From the NCBI GenBank assembly GCA_028282885.1, contig JANQGX010000058.1, positions 68,078-132,077 on the forward strand: a stretch of 64,000 nt of DNA, written 5' to 3'. Every line of letters starts with the position of its first letter. The first letter of the stretch is position 1. Under the pieces are notes generated by a model that was not told where the DNA came from, ran no database searches, and saw only the letters and a list, made by a program, of their open reading frames with translations. This stretch comes from SAR324 cluster bacterium (lineage in GTDB: Bacteria > SAR324 > XYD2-FULL-50-16). A program made the position numbers and the translations under genes. Positions 25,848 to 36,671 of this stretch are shown here, one piece after another.

Positions 25848-26762
25848 GTGATCAAATCAAAACACCTTCAGTATCGAATTGAGTATTGGGCATATCAGAT
25901 AATGTCGTTGATTGTCCGAAGTCTTCCGGAAAGCCTATTAAATGTACTGGTCAAAGCAATCGGTTTATTCGTTTATCGGACCGGTGTTCGACAAAGGGTA
26001 TTGGATATCAATCTCAAAATTGCTTTTGGGGACTCCACCAACAAACAGGAACTAAATACATTGAGAAGAAAGACCTGTCTCAATGCTGCTTATATTCTGA
26101 TTGAATTTCTTTTAATGAGATTTATTACTCCTGAAAACCTTGGCAAGTATATTACTATTGAAGGGTCGGAACATATGACTACCGCACTTGAGGAAGGAAA
26201 AGGAGCCGTAGTAGCCGGAAACCATTTCGGTAATTGGGAGCTGTTCACTGCAGCATTATCTCACCAGGTAACCCCTTTATACATATTTGCGGGGATGCAA
26301 AAGAATCAAAAAATCGATTTTGCCATTAACCGAATCAGGCGGAAGTTCGGTACCGTTACCATTTCAAAGGCCAAGACTGCACCTTTCGAAATGATGAAAG
26401 CGTTAAAAAACAATCATCCCCTGGGAATGGCGGGTGATTTGAACGTCCCTCACAACAATATTTTTGTGAACTTTTTCGGTAAGAAAGCAGTGGTAGGTCA
26501 GGGATTGGCAACCTACACCACGAAACGCAAGGTTCCGTTACTGTTTGTGTGGAATGTCAGGTTGGCCCCTTTCAGATACAAAGGGTATATCAAGCGGTTG
26601 TATTACCAGGAAACAGGCGATAGCAAGACCGACCTGACGGCAATAGCGCAGATGATTTCGGATGAGTTGGAAGAAAAAATACGTCTTCATCCCGAACAGT
26701 ATTTCTGGTTTAACCGTCGTTGGAAAACAAGACCGGATGATGATCCGGAAGATGTTTACTGA
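25848..26762 (+). CDS. Lipid A biosynthesis lauroyl/myristoyl acyltransferase family (LpxL/HtrB-like)
   Basis: LPLAT fold with HFGNWE (HX4E-like) motif. Size ~300 aa. Confidence 0.8.
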   Translation: MIKSKHLQYRIEYWAYQIMSLIVRSLPESLLNVLVKAIGLFVYRTGVRQRVLDINLKIAFGDSTNKQELNTLRRKTCLNAAYILIEFLLMRFITPENLGKYITIEGSEHMTTALEEGKGAVVAGNHFGNWELFTAALSHQVTPLYIFAGMQKNQKIDFAINRIRRKFGTVTISKAKTAPFEMMKALKNNHPLGMAGDLNVPHNNIFVNFFGKKAVVGQGLATYTTKRKVPLLFVWNVRLAPFRYKGYIKRLYYQETGDSKTDLTAIAQMISDELEEKIRLHPEQYFWFNRRWKTRPDDDPEDVY

Positions 26763-26803
26763 TCGGTTTTCCCCATCGGAATTCTTCCAACCCGGTGTAA
26801 AAC

Positions 26804-27118
26804 CTATTTAAAGCTATTAACCATATCCCTGAGTTCTCTACCTGGCCTGAAAACGGGTAGTTTTTTCGGCTTTACCTTCACCTTCTCACCTGTCTTCGGA
26901 TTCCTGCCGATGTATTCTTCGTACTTTTTGGTGCTGAAAGAGCCGAATCCCCTTATTTCAACTCTGTCGCCATCTTTCAGAGCATCTTTGATGGAATTAA
27001 AGAAAAGATTGACCGTTTCCCTTGCTATTTCGGTTTTCTGTTTTGCACTTGTTTCATCAATGTATTCTTCCATTTCCAGTACCAGCTTTTCTATAAGCTG
27101 AGATTTTTTCATCTTCAT
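26804..27118 (-). CDS. HU/IHF-family DNA-binding protein
   Basis: GFGSFSTKKYEEYIGRNPKTGEKVKV...RPGRELR arm region. GGAGG RBS lies before MKMKKSQ. Confidence 0.85.
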   Translation of the reverse strand: MKMKKSQLIEKLVLEMEEYIDETSAKQKTEIARETVNLFFNSIKDALKDGDRVEIRGFGSFSTKKYEEYIGRNPKTGEKVKVKPKKLPVFRPGRELRDMVNSFK

Positions 27119-27274
27119 CTTTCGTTCATCCTCCAGGTTAGTAGATTGGTTAGGTGTCTTGATGAGTTTAACAAGAAAAAGAAACAATATCAAATAATTT
27201 AAAGCTTACACACTGTATTTTTTAACAGAGAAACAAGAGAAACTCATCAAGTTTGCCGACTGTCACCTCCGGGA

Positions 27275-27988
27275 TTATTGAATTCCCATTTTTTCCTTTA
27301 AAGCGGCAAGTTCGTTGGATGAAGAACTTGTGGAAGTTTCATCCGTCAGCAAAGCGTCGTTTATTTCATCGTCAACGCTCTTTGGCTGTTCTGCCATGTC
27401 ATTATAAGCCAATGCAATTGTCTCCTCTTCCTCTACTTTCTGCTTCATTCGTTCCAACATGGCGACTGTACCAGTGGAGTCAACAGAGGCCAACTGTTTG
27501 TTGATTTTCTTGGTTGCGGAAGCGGTTTTTGCCCTTGCTTTCAGAGTCACCAACTCATTTTCATATTGTTGAATCTTGGATTTGAGCGTATCAATGTTCT
27601 TCTGCAAGGTTTGAACAGTTGCGTTTTGACTATCACTTGCCTGTTTGGCCAAGGCAAATTGCTTGCCGCACTCTTCCTTTCTGCTTAAGGCTTCCGTGGC
27701 AAGCTGGTCTGCCTTGCTTGACTCAAGCTTTCCGGATTGACCCTGTTGCAGCAGCGCCATTGCTTTGCGTTCCCAGTCCACTGCTCCGTTCTTGGCTTTC
27801 TCCATATCGCGCTCTGCCTTGATAGCAATTGCTTTTACTTCAGCAAAGTTCTGCATGGCTTTTTCCAGATCTTGTTTGAGTTCCCGAATTCCCTGTTCTG
27901 TCATCTTAACGGGATCCTCAAGCTTATCAATGATGGAGTGCGCTTCGGCGCTTCCCAGGCTGAAAATACGTTTAAAAAAACCGGCCAT
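27275..27988 (-). CDS. pspA: PspA/IM30 (phage-shock protein A / Vipp1 family)
   Basis: MAGFFKRIFSLGSAEAHSIIDKLEDPVKMTEQGIRELKQDLEKA and long coiled coil. Confidence 0.85.
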   Translation of the reverse strand: MAGFFKRIFSLGSAEAHSIIDKLEDPVKMTEQGIRELKQDLEKAMQNFAEVKAIAIKAERDMEKAKNGAVDWERKAMALLQQGQSGKLESSKADQLATEALSRKEECGKQFALAKQASDSQNATVQTLQKNIDTLKSKIQQYENELVTLKARAKTASATKKINKQLASVDSTGTVAMLERMKQKVEEEETIALAYNDMAEQPKSVDDEINDALLTDETSTSSSSNELAALKEKMGIQ

Positions 27989-28009
27989 ACCTTCTCCTTA
28001 CACAAAAAA

Positions 28010-28402
28010 TTACTTATTTAAGGATAATAATTCGTTGGAATATTCAGCCAAGCCAAGACTTAGGGCATTGATGGTTCCTTCGAATTCATTAAAATCTATG
28101 TTTTCGATTTGTAAAGTATCACGGAAAATCACCTGTTTGCCATCTTCATCAATGACAAAAGCCCCGTGAATCAGATTTCTGTTCATCTGCAGGAGCCTGA
28201 GAAAATGATTCTCAGATGGTTTTTCTATGTTATAAATCAGTTGTTCGAAGATCAGGATGGGTTGTTCACAATCGATGATCAGGTTATAGATCCCCTTATC
28301 CTCGTTGGAAACCACCAACAGCTCCTCGTTATCATCTCGCTGAATGATGTCCAGGCCGAGTTGCTCTGTAAATTCAATTATTTTTTTAAAGTATTCGCTC
28401 AT
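28010..28402 (-). CDS. Hypothetical 130-aa protein, possibly of the YbjN-like sensory-regulator fold
   Basis: Size and position only (between rpoN and pspA). Weak recollection of the YbjN domain pattern. Confidence 0.35.
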   Translation of the reverse strand: MSEYFKKIIEFTEQLGLDIIQRDDNEELLVVSNEDKGIYNLIIDCEQPILIFEQLIYNIEKPSENHFLRLLQMNRNLIHGAFVIDEDGKQVIFRDTLQIENIDFNEFEGTINALSLGLAEYSNELLSLNK

Positions 28403-28522
28403 ATAGTCTACTCACGAAAGATTGATTTCGAAATCTGAACTGCTGTTTTGGTTGATTAATCGGATTCGGTAAAAGAACCATTCATCCGTTGTATGAACGG
28501 ATAGTCTAGCCAAATTATCGGA

Positions 28523-30187
28523 TCAGTACAATTTCTTCCGCTTGTTTGACGGAAGAATATTCATTGCTTCCCGATATTTTGCTACCGTTCGGCGTGCAAC
28601 CTTGATCCCGGCGTTCTCCAGGAGCTCGGTTTTGATCTGAAGATCTGTGTATGGCTTCTTCTTATCTTCAGATTCAATCAGCTTCTTGATATAGTCCTTG
28701 ATTTTTTTTGATGAAATGACATCACCGTCCCCCTGGTCGATGCCACTGGTGAAGAAATATTTGAGCTCAAAAATCCCTTGCGGAGTATAGACATACTTGT
28801 TGGTCGTAATCCTGCTGACCGTAGATTCATGAACATCAATATCCTCCGCAACGTCCTTTAGAACCAACGGCTTAAGATAATCGATTCCTTTTTCAAAGAA
28901 CTCATGTTGAAATTTTAAAATGCTCTTGGTTACCCGATAAATGGTCTTTTGCCTCTGTTCAATACTCTTCATCAACCAGTCACCGGCTTTGATCTTTTCC
29001 AGAATATATTGGTAAGTCATATCCTGATCATTACCATTCTCTTTTTTTGCGGCTGCTCCTTCGTCTTTATTTTCTTTTAGGAGATTCTGATAGTATGGAT
29101 TGATCCTGAGCCGTGGAATACTGTCCTGATTCATACTAACGACATATTCGCTGCCGCGCTTGTAGATGAAAACGTCAGGGACGACATACTGGGTAACTTC
29201 ACCTCCAAAAGGCCTGCCGGGCTTAGGTTCGAGTTCGGTGATGACCTGATAGGCTTTAACCACCTCCTGGATATCAGCTTTCTGCAAACGGGCGATTTTC
29301 TTGAGATCCTTCTGCTCAAGAAAGCTCATATTTTCCGAGATAATCCGCATGGCCAGCGAATTTTCCAGATGCAATGTCCTCAGTTGGTTGGTTAGGCATT
29401 CCTGAAGCGTCCGAGTTGCAACTCCGGGGGGATCAAAACGCTGGATCTTCTTCAAAACCAGCTCCAAAACACCGCAGTGCTCATTACTTACCTGGGAAAG
29501 ATCGATCTCTTCTTTATCCTCATCTTCGTCATCCGGCACAGGGTTCTTCTTTTTCCTTCCTTTCTGCTTTTTCTCGACTCTTTCCCGTGTCTCATGAAAG
29601 AGATCAAACATCGGAATCGACTCTTCATCAACAAGGGTTTCAATCTCGTTTTTAAGAAGAAGTTCCTTAATCAATTTATGAAGTTGGGGCGTTGAAGCCA
29701 GAAGCTCCCGAATGGATATGGATAAGTAGCCTTCGCTGTCAATATTACCGATGATATGTTCGGCAAATTCTTTTTCTACAGGGGAGAAACTCGACAGATC
29801 CAACTGCCAGAACAGGTGGTCCATCAGGGTGGATTCTCTGGAAATGGTTGCTTCCAAAGGATTGGATTGATCGTCCGAATCAGCAGTGCGGGTTTTTACA
29901 TCTTGCATTACTCCTGCACCGGATTCAATATAGTTTTGCCACTCTTCGTCATATGAAAGCTGAACTTGCTCCTCGACTAGGTTTTTAGCATCTTCTGTGT
30001 CTTCGCTCTTCTTGTCGCTTCCTTCCTCCTCATCTTCTACAGGGGATAATTCAAGCGTTGGGTTTTCAATCAAGCTTTGATCAATCAGCTCTTCCAGCTC
30101 AATCCGTGATAGCTGGAGCAGCTTTATAGCTTGTTGTAATTGCGGGGTCATGATGAGCTGTTGACTCATCCGCATTTCCAACCCCAT
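28523..30187 (-). CDS. rpoN: RNA polymerase sigma-54 factor
   Basis: N-terminal LSQQLIMTPQLQQAIKLLQL. C-terminal HTH and RpoN box ARRTVAKYRE. Confidence 0.9.
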   Translation of the reverse strand: MGLEMRMSQQLIMTPQLQQAIKLLQLSRIELEELIDQSLIENPTLELSPVEDEEEGSDKKSEDTEDAKNLVEEQVQLSYDEEWQNYIESGAGVMQDVKTRTADSDDQSNPLEATISRESTLMDHLFWQLDLSSFSPVEKEFAEHIIGNIDSEGYLSISIRELLASTPQLHKLIKELLLKNEIETLVDEESIPMFDLFHETRERVEKKQKGRKKKNPVPDDEDEDKEEIDLSQVSNEHCGVLELVLKKIQRFDPPGVATRTLQECLTNQLRTLHLENSLAMRIISENMSFLEQKDLKKIARLQKADIQEVVKAYQVITELEPKPGRPFGGEVTQYVVPDVFIYKRGSEYVVSMNQDSIPRLRINPYYQNLLKENKDEGAAAKKENGNDQDMTYQYILEKIKAGDWLMKSIEQRQKTIYRVTKSILKFQHEFFEKGIDYLKPLVLKDVAEDIDVHESTVSRITTNKYVYTPQGIFELKYFFTSGIDQGDGDVISSKKIKDYIKKLIESEDKKKPYTDLQIKTELLENAGIKVARRTVAKYREAMNILPSNKRKKLY

Positions 30188-30413
30188 TCGCATGGAAACC
30201 ATGGTGTTTTTTTATGGTAATAATGTAAAGAATGTGCGGGCCTTTTTTGTCGTTTTTTAACCCAAAAGCTCTGTATACAACTTTAAATTACCGCTACTTA
30301 TTGTCTATTAATAACATGATCTATATCTGTAAAACAACAGTTTGTCAAAATCGAGAGAACTATTTTTTGGCTGTATAGGTCTCGTTTTTAGTCTTTTTTT
30401 TACGACCGACCAC

Positions 30414-31754
30414 TCATCTTGAAGAATCAGCTTCCCGATCTTGACTTAATGTAACCGGTAGTCTGTTTTGTATCTCTAACTCCTTTTTCTCGGGTGGTAG
30501 ATCAATAATAGCACGGAAAATCCTGGCAACTTCCTTATTCAACTCCCTGGACAGGGCTTCGAACTTTGTATTGTTATCCCACATGGACTTGAAGAGTTTG
30601 CCGATTTTCTCCTTTCGGGTCTCGGGCCTGTCTTCATCCTCGATACGTTTTTTGATTTCCTTAAGAATCCCCTGTTCCTTGATGGATGTGTATATGAGCT
30701 TGAAATCTTCTATTATCCGAGAGTATCTCTCCCCATATTCACTATCGATAACCTGTTTGGCTAAAAAATAATCCCGGACAAGATTCAGGACAAGGGCATC
30801 GAGTTTATAATTGTCCAGGTTGATTTTTCCCAGACTTAACATTCCCACTCCCGGGATAGCTATATACAGCTCTTTGCTACCGGCTGCTTCCAGGAGTTTT
30901 ATCAGATCGTGTTCAAATTCTTCGTCTGATTCACTATAGAGTTTCTCCAGTATATCGGGTGACAAGGGTATGTGGTCAGCGTTGTTGTCCCAATCATCCA
31001 GAGTTTGAATGAGAGCAGCGCTCACTTTGAACAGATGAGGGAAATTAATTACCTTGTAGCCGTGAATGGCGGAAATAGAGTTAATTGCATTGGAGATTCT
31101 GATGATGGTTCTTGCGATATTAATCAGGCTGACCAATATGCCGGTACCGGGTATATTCGAGGCCACAATCAAACCGAGGACGATATTGAAGGTTTTATCG
31201 AACGAATCAATCAGCCTTTTATAGCGATTGCTTTTATGGGGATAGAGTGTCTCAATCAGGAGGCTTCTCTCTCCTGGGGACAACTTTCGAATATCATGCA
31301 GATTATGGATTTCCTTGTTCAGTGTCAAAGCGGCTTTATCCACCACCCATTTTTCATAGTCAATGCTTTTGGAGAGCTCAATGCCGCTTTTAATAAACTC
31401 AAATACTCTTTCCCGGACCCACTCTTCCATCTCTTTCAGCTTGCTTTTGGTCAGTTTTGAGAAATCCTGAGTGATCCTGCCAAACCTGTCCAAAACCTGG
31501 GATGATTTCAGAATTTGCCTGATTTTGCCGGAGGGTATTCCGGGGATTTTCGTGTTACCGGCTTTTTGACCAAACTGTTTCACCTTTTCCAGACTTTTGC
31601 TGAGTGTCCTGTCAGCTTTTTGGATGGTTTCTATAGCCGAATGACCTTCAAACGGCTCGATAACTCGATTTTTAGCAAAGCGCTGCAGACTCTCCAACTC
31701 ATCCCCGGAAAGCTGTTCAACGAATTCCTTATAACTTAAATTCTTTTTTGACAT
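30414..31754 (-). CDS. Hypothetical 446-aa protein (one central hydrophobic segment), encoded immediately upstream of rpoN
   Basis: Intact ORF with coding-like composition. No recognisable motif. Confidence 0.5.
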   Translation of the reverse strand: MSKKNLSYKEFVEQLSGDELESLQRFAKNRVIEPFEGHSAIETIQKADRTLSKSLEKVKQFGQKAGNTKIPGIPSGKIRQILKSSQVLDRFGRITQDFSKLTKSKLKEMEEWVRERVFEFIKSGIELSKSIDYEKWVVDKAALTLNKEIHNLHDIRKLSPGERSLLIETLYPHKSNRYKRLIDSFDKTFNIVLGLIVASNIPGTGILVSLINIARTIIRISNAINSISAIHGYKVINFPHLFKVSAALIQTLDDWDNNADHIPLSPDILEKLYSESDEEFEHDLIKLLEAAGSKELYIAIPGVGMLSLGKINLDNYKLDALVLNLVRDYFLAKQVIDSEYGERYSRIIEDFKLIYTSIKEQGILKEIKKRIEDEDRPETRKEKIGKLFKSMWDNNTKFEALSRELNKEVARIFRAIIDLPPEKKELEIQNRLPVTLSQDREADSSR

Positions 31755-31933
31755 AATAGTTCAATAAACTCTCAGACATTATTTCGAAATGTGAACTTCC
31801 TTATCAAACCACTCCGCTCTCGTTGCGCATTGCAATTGATATTGTTGATTGCTAGCCTATTAGAAAATCCGGAAAACATAAAGTTGGGAAGTCATCGCAC
31901 GTTAATAGAAAGCAATCTTAGGTCAATTTAACA

Positions 31934-33241
31934 ATGCCACTACTTGAAATCATTAAACCGGAATCCCTAAGGATCGGTTCGAATCGAATCGGTACCATTG
32001 ACAGGGAGCTCACAGATTCGGTGAGTAACATTATTTCAAAAGTTATCCGAGAAGGCGATCAAGCCCTGATTAAACTGACAAGGCAATTTGATGGTATTTC
32101 GCTCAATTCCGTTAAGGTTTCACCCGAAAAAATAGCTGATGCTGAATCTCTATTGGATGTGAAAACAAGAACTATTCTTGAGAATGCTATTATCAGAATC
32201 ACGGCATTCCACAAAAGGCAGCAACAAAACACCTGGAAGGAAACCTATGAAGACGGAACAACTCTTGGCGAAAAAGTAACAGCGTTGGACAGGGTCGGCA
32301 TCTATGTGCCGGGAGGAAAGGCTTTCTATCCCTCAACCCTGATCATGAACGCGATTCCGGCGCAAATCGCTGGCGTTGCCTCTATTGTAGTTGCCTCTCC
32401 TCCTTCACAAAACGGACTTCCGCATCACCTGGTTCTTGGAATATGCTCTATGCTGGACTTGAAAGAGATTACTTCAGTTGGCGGTGCCCAGGCCGTTGCC
32501 GCAATGGCTTATGGCACGGAATCCATCACACCCGTGTGTAAGGTCACAGGTCCCGGCAACAAGTTTGTAGCAGAGGCAAAAAGACAGGTTTTTGGTCAGG
32601 TCGGCATCGACTCGATTGCAGGTCCCAGCGAAATAGTGGTGTTACACGACAATCCCGACATACCGGTTGAATTTTTGGTCAGGGATTTGCTTACCCAAGC
32701 TGAGCATGATGAAGATGCTTCATCAATTTTGATCACGACAGAGGCAGAAACAGCAAAAAAAGTCCAGGAAAGAATCGATAAAATTGTCCCGGACCTGCCT
32801 CGACGTGAAATTATAGAGAAATCGTTATCTGACAACGGAGCTATCATCATCGTCAAAGAGCTTTCTGAAGGGATCGATCTGGTAAACAGACTTGCGCCGG
32901 AACACTTGGAACTGATGGTCAGGGACAATTCGGTGCTCGACCGAATTCAAAATGCCGGCGCTATTTTTGTCGGAAAATGGTCATCGGAAACAATAGGGGA
33001 CTATTATGCAGGTCCAAATCACACTATTCCGACCTCTGGCGCAGCTAAATACGGATCTCCCTTGGCAGTAAGGGATTTTCAAAAACATTCGTCAATAATT
33101 AAATATTCTGAAGATCGACTCAAATCGGAAGCGAACGACATCATTGAATTCGCGGAACTGGAAGGATTAAGCGCACATGCTGACGCAGTCAGGGTCAGAA
33201 TAAAAAAGGAAGTTGCCAATGAAACGCAGTCAATCATTTAG
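31934..33241 (+). CDS. hisD: Histidinol dehydrogenase
   Basis: HisD signature (GPGNKFVAEAKRQVFG..., HLELMV, SPLAVRDFQK). Confidence 0.9.
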   Translation: MPLLEIIKPESLRIGSNRIGTIDRELTDSVSNIISKVIREGDQALIKLTRQFDGISLNSVKVSPEKIADAESLLDVKTRTILENAIIRITAFHKRQQQNTWKETYEDGTTLGEKVTALDRVGIYVPGGKAFYPSTLIMNAIPAQIAGVASIVVASPPSQNGLPHHLVLGICSMLDLKEITSVGGAQAVAAMAYGTESITPVCKVTGPGNKFVAEAKRQVFGQVGIDSIAGPSEIVVLHDNPDIPVEFLVRDLLTQAEHDEDASSILITTEAETAKKVQERIDKIVPDLPRREIIEKSLSDNGAIIIVKELSEGIDLVNRLAPEHLELMVRDNSVLDRIQNAGAIFVGKWSSETIGDYYAGPNHTIPTSGAAKYGSPLAVRDFQKHSSIIKYSEDRLKSEANDIIEFAELEGLSAHADAVRVRIKKEVANETQSII

Positions 33242-33800
33242 CCGAATAACCAAAGAAACCAACATTAACGGAAACCTTACTCTTAACGGCAATGGCCAAA
33301 CCCAAATTCAAACAGGGATCGGCTTTTTGGATCACATGCTGGATCTGTTTACGTTTCATTCGGGATTTGATCTGAAATTGGATTGTCAAGGTGATTTGGA
33401 GGTGTGCCCACATCATTCGGTTGAAGACATCGCCATTGTTCTGGGGGAAGCTTTTGATCAGGCTTTGGCAGACAAAAAAGGGATAAAACGCTACTCGTCA
33501 ATATATCTACCCATGGATGAAACACTGAGCAGGACTGTGCTTGATATATCCGGTCGTCCCTTTCATTATTTCAGGGGGGAATTCAGAACAGAAAAGATAG
33601 GTGCCCTGCCCACAGAGATGATTGGTCACTTCTTTTATTCCTTCGCCACGAGTGCCAAGTTGACACTTCACCAGGAGATTTTTTACGGCGAAAACGATCA
33701 CCACAAATCTGAATCTCTGTTTAAAGGATTCGGCAGAGCCTTGTCTGAATCTGCATCCATTGTTTCAGATGAGATTCCCTCTTCCAAAGGCGTTCTGTAA
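33219..33800 (+). CDS. hisB: Imidazoleglycerol-phosphate dehydratase
   Basis: IGPD motifs (GIGFLDHML, DLEVCPHHSVEDIAIVLGEA, HHKSESLFKGFGRAL). Confidence 0.9.
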   Translation: MKRSQSFSRITKETNINGNLTLNGNGQTQIQTGIGFLDHMLDLFTFHSGFDLKLDCQGDLEVCPHHSVEDIAIVLGEAFDQALADKKGIKRYSSIYLPMDETLSRTVLDISGRPFHYFRGEFRTEKIGALPTEMIGHFFYSFATSAKLTLHQEIFYGENDHHKSESLFKGFGRALSESASIVSDEIPSSKGVL

Positions 33801-33965
33801 TCTGCTACTGGTGATAGTAGAGAATATTTAACTTATAACGTCAAGATATTGGGAATATGCGAACCGGACTGTTCTCTTTATTTTTGCTGTTTGCCGGACA
33901 CTCTATGATGGCTAATCCGGCATAACGAACTCAGCGATATAATCGATAAACTAATCTAACGGACC

Positions 33966-33994
33966 CTGATGGGAAGTTAAGTAGCTCCCATCAG
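33966..33994. terminator. 9-bp-stem hairpin (ctgatggga ... tcccatcag) in the convergent hisB/alaS intergenic region. Possible bidirectional terminator.
   Basis: Perfect inverted repeat, followed by TTTCAT on the plus strand. Confidence 0.3.
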
Positions 33995-34013
33995 TTTCAT
34001 GCCGGCAAACACG

Positions 34014-36671
34014 CTAGACACTGGTAATCTTTTCGGATAATCGGCTTTTTAACTTGTCCCATCCAGCCGGATTACCTCCTCCGCATTGAGCAACATTAGG
34101 ACTACCTCCCCCCTTGGCATCAATGATGGGTGCCAACTCCTTAACCAAGTTTCCAGCATGAATCTTATCCGTCAAATCTCTTGAAACGGAGAGGATTACC
34201 GAGATTCGCTGTTGGTCCGGCGTCTTGGATAGCATTACAACTCCTGTTTTCATCTTTTTCAGCAGGGTTGCAGCCATCGCTTTCAAATCTGAAGCGGGAT
34301 CCGTTCTCATCATCAAGACATCTATATTCCCGATTTTGGTAACTTCTTGAAGCGCTTTTTCTGCGGTGAACTGTTGCAGCTCGTTTCTGAGCTGCTCAAT
34401 TTGCTTCTCTTTGTCCTTGATCTGAAGCTGCATCTGCTCCAGTCTTTCTGGAACCTCATTCATGGGAACTTTCAGGCTTTGTGAAATACTCTCCATGTTG
34501 CTGATATTCTCCTGAACATAAGCAATCGCCGCTGCACCAGTGAGGGCTTCTATTCTGCGGATACCCGCAGCTATACTCTCTTCGGAAATGATTTTGAACA
34601 ATCCGATGTTTCCGGTTTTTGAGGTGTGGCAACCTCCACAGAGTTCTTTACTGGATGATCCCGCAGTAACCACCCTAACCATATCTCCATATTTCTCCCC
34701 GAAGATAGCCATGGCACCGGCATTTACGGCAGAATCGAAATCAAGGGACTCATCGAGAACCTCTTCATTTTCCCTGATATTCTGGTTGATAATCGTCTCA
34801 ACATCTCCGATCTGTTCCTTTGTCAGCGAAGCGTAGTGGCTGAAATCAAATCTAAGTTTTTCGGGATTCACCAGGGAACCGGATTGCTTGACATGGTCTC
34901 CCAAAACTGTTCGTAATGCGGATTGCATTAAATGTGTTGCCGTATGATTGGCCTGGGTGGCGATCCGTTTCTTCCCGTCAACACGGGCAATCACCTGTGG
35001 AGTAGAAGCAATCGTCACAACATCACTTGTGGTTGAACTAACGATGCCGTGGCAAAGAATTAGTCCCGCTACTGGACTTTGGGTATCGTTAACCACGATC
35101 CTGAATTCATCATGGACGATTTCACCCGTATCTCCGACCTGTCCACCGGACTCTGCATAAAAGGGTGTCTCTTCCAAAAGCACTTCAACCCTGTCTCCCT
35201 CATGGATTTCACTTGTCCGGCTTCCATCTTTCACAACAGCCTGCATTTTCGTTTGCGTTTCAAATATGTCATATCCCACAAACCTGCTTTGAAGCCCTTC
35301 ATCTGTGAGTGCCAGATAAACCTCACTCACCTTCAAATCAACCTTTTTGGTGTCCTGATCCGCTTTTGCTCTCTGGCGCTGCTCCTCCATACAGGAATCA
35401 AATTCTTCTCTGTTGTAGTCCAGTCCATTGTCCTGGAGAACATCCTCTGCCAGATCGGCAGGAAATCCGAAAGTATCATATAATCGGAAAATTTCCTCAC
35501 CATTTACCAATCTGTTATCGGCCTTCCTGTACTTTTCCAGGATTTCATCCAGGATCTTCATACCATGATTCAGAGTTGTGCTAAAGCGCTTCTCTTCCTG
35601 CTTGATAAGTATACGTATGTAGTCCTGGTTTTCTTCAATTTCCGGGTAAGCTTCACTCATCATCGGTACAAAATTGTCCACAAGTTCAGAGAAAAATCCG
35701 GCATGATATCCCAGTTCCTTTCCATGTCTGGCCGCACGTCTGATAATTCTGCGCATAACATATCCCCGACCTTCGTTTGAAGGAATAACACCGTCTGAAA
35801 TGAGGAATACCACTGCCCTGATGTGATCGGCTATCACCCTTGCCGAAACTGTCACATCCGCGTCATTGTCCTTTGGATCAGGAGCGTTCTCTTTCAAATA
35901 ATCGACCAACCCGCTTAAAAGATCTGTTTCATAATTGGAGGTAAATCCCTGAACAACCGAGGCAATGCGTTCAATCCCCATTCCCGTATCAATACTGGGA
36001 TTTGGAAGAGGTACCCTCGTACCGTCCGCTTCCTGGTTATACTGCATGAAAACCAGATTCCAGATTTCCAGAAATGTGCCGTCATCATCTTCCAGAGACT
36101 GTTGGACGCTTTTTCCATCCTGGAGAGGGTACAACTGGTAGTGGATTTCTGAGCAGGGACCACAGGGCCCGACATCACCCATTGACCAGAAATTATCCTT
36201 CTCACCCAGCCGGCCAATCTTGTCAGCCGGTAATCCGATCTCTTTATTCCACAAATCGAAAGCTTCCTGATCATCTTCAAACACGGATGCCACCAATTTA
36301 TCTTCCGGAATCCCCAGTACTTTTGTCAGGTATTCCCATGCATAAGAGATGGCATCTTTCTTAAAGTAGTCACCAAAGGAAAAGTTTCCCAGCATTTCGA
36401 AAAAGGTGTGGTGTCGATCGGTTCTGCCGACATTCTCAAGATCGTTATGTTTGCCTCCTGCCCTCATGACCTTTTGGGACGTAACGGCTCTCTTGAACTC
36501 AGGATTCTGATTGCCGAGAAAGTAATCCTTGAACTGATTCATTCCTGCGTTGGTAAACAGAATAGTCGGATCGTTATGAGGAACCAGGGATGAACTCCGC
36601 ACATGTTTGTGCCCTCTCTCTTCGAAAAATGCAATAAACGACTTCCGAATATCATTGCCTGTCATGGCCAT
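34014..36671 (-). CDS. alaS: Alanine--tRNA ligase
   Basis: 885 aa. Class II core, editing domain HxxxH/CxxxH and C-terminal DHHA1. Confidence 0.95.
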   Translation of the reverse strand: MAMTGNDIRKSFIAFFEERGHKHVRSSSLVPHNDPTILFTNAGMNQFKDYFLGNQNPEFKRAVTSQKVMRAGGKHNDLENVGRTDRHHTFFEMLGNFSFGDYFKKDAISYAWEYLTKVLGIPEDKLVASVFEDDQEAFDLWNKEIGLPADKIGRLGEKDNFWSMGDVGPCGPCSEIHYQLYPLQDGKSVQQSLEDDDGTFLEIWNLVFMQYNQEADGTRVPLPNPSIDTGMGIERIASVVQGFTSNYETDLLSGLVDYLKENAPDPKDNDADVTVSARVIADHIRAVVFLISDGVIPSNEGRGYVMRRIIRRAARHGKELGYHAGFFSELVDNFVPMMSEAYPEIEENQDYIRILIKQEEKRFSTTLNHGMKILDEILEKYRKADNRLVNGEEIFRLYDTFGFPADLAEDVLQDNGLDYNREEFDSCMEEQRQRAKADQDTKKVDLKVSEVYLALTDEGLQSRFVGYDIFETQTKMQAVVKDGSRTSEIHEGDRVEVLLEETPFYAESGGQVGDTGEIVHDEFRIVVNDTQSPVAGLILCHGIVSSTTSDVVTIASTPQVIARVDGKKRIATQANHTATHLMQSALRTVLGDHVKQSGSLVNPEKLRFDFSHYASLTKEQIGDVETIINQNIRENEEVLDESLDFDSAVNAGAMAIFGEKYGDMVRVVTAGSSSKELCGGCHTSKTGNIGLFKIISEESIAAGIRRIEALTGAAAIAYVQENISNMESISQSLKVPMNEVPERLEQMQLQIKDKEKQIEQLRNELQQFTAEKALQEVTKIGNIDVLMMRTDPASDLKAMAATLLKKMKTGVVMLSKTPDQQRISVILSVSRDLTDKIHAGNLVKELAPIIDAKGGGSPNVAQCGGGNPAGWDKLKSRLSEKITSV

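Noticed and set aside
34540-36593. Multiple 60-130 aa ORFs on the plus strand inside alaS. Similar ORFs lie antisense to dnaX, mraY, the K+ channel and relA.
   Set aside because: They lie fully within long, well-supported genes on the opposite strand. This is typical antisense noise.
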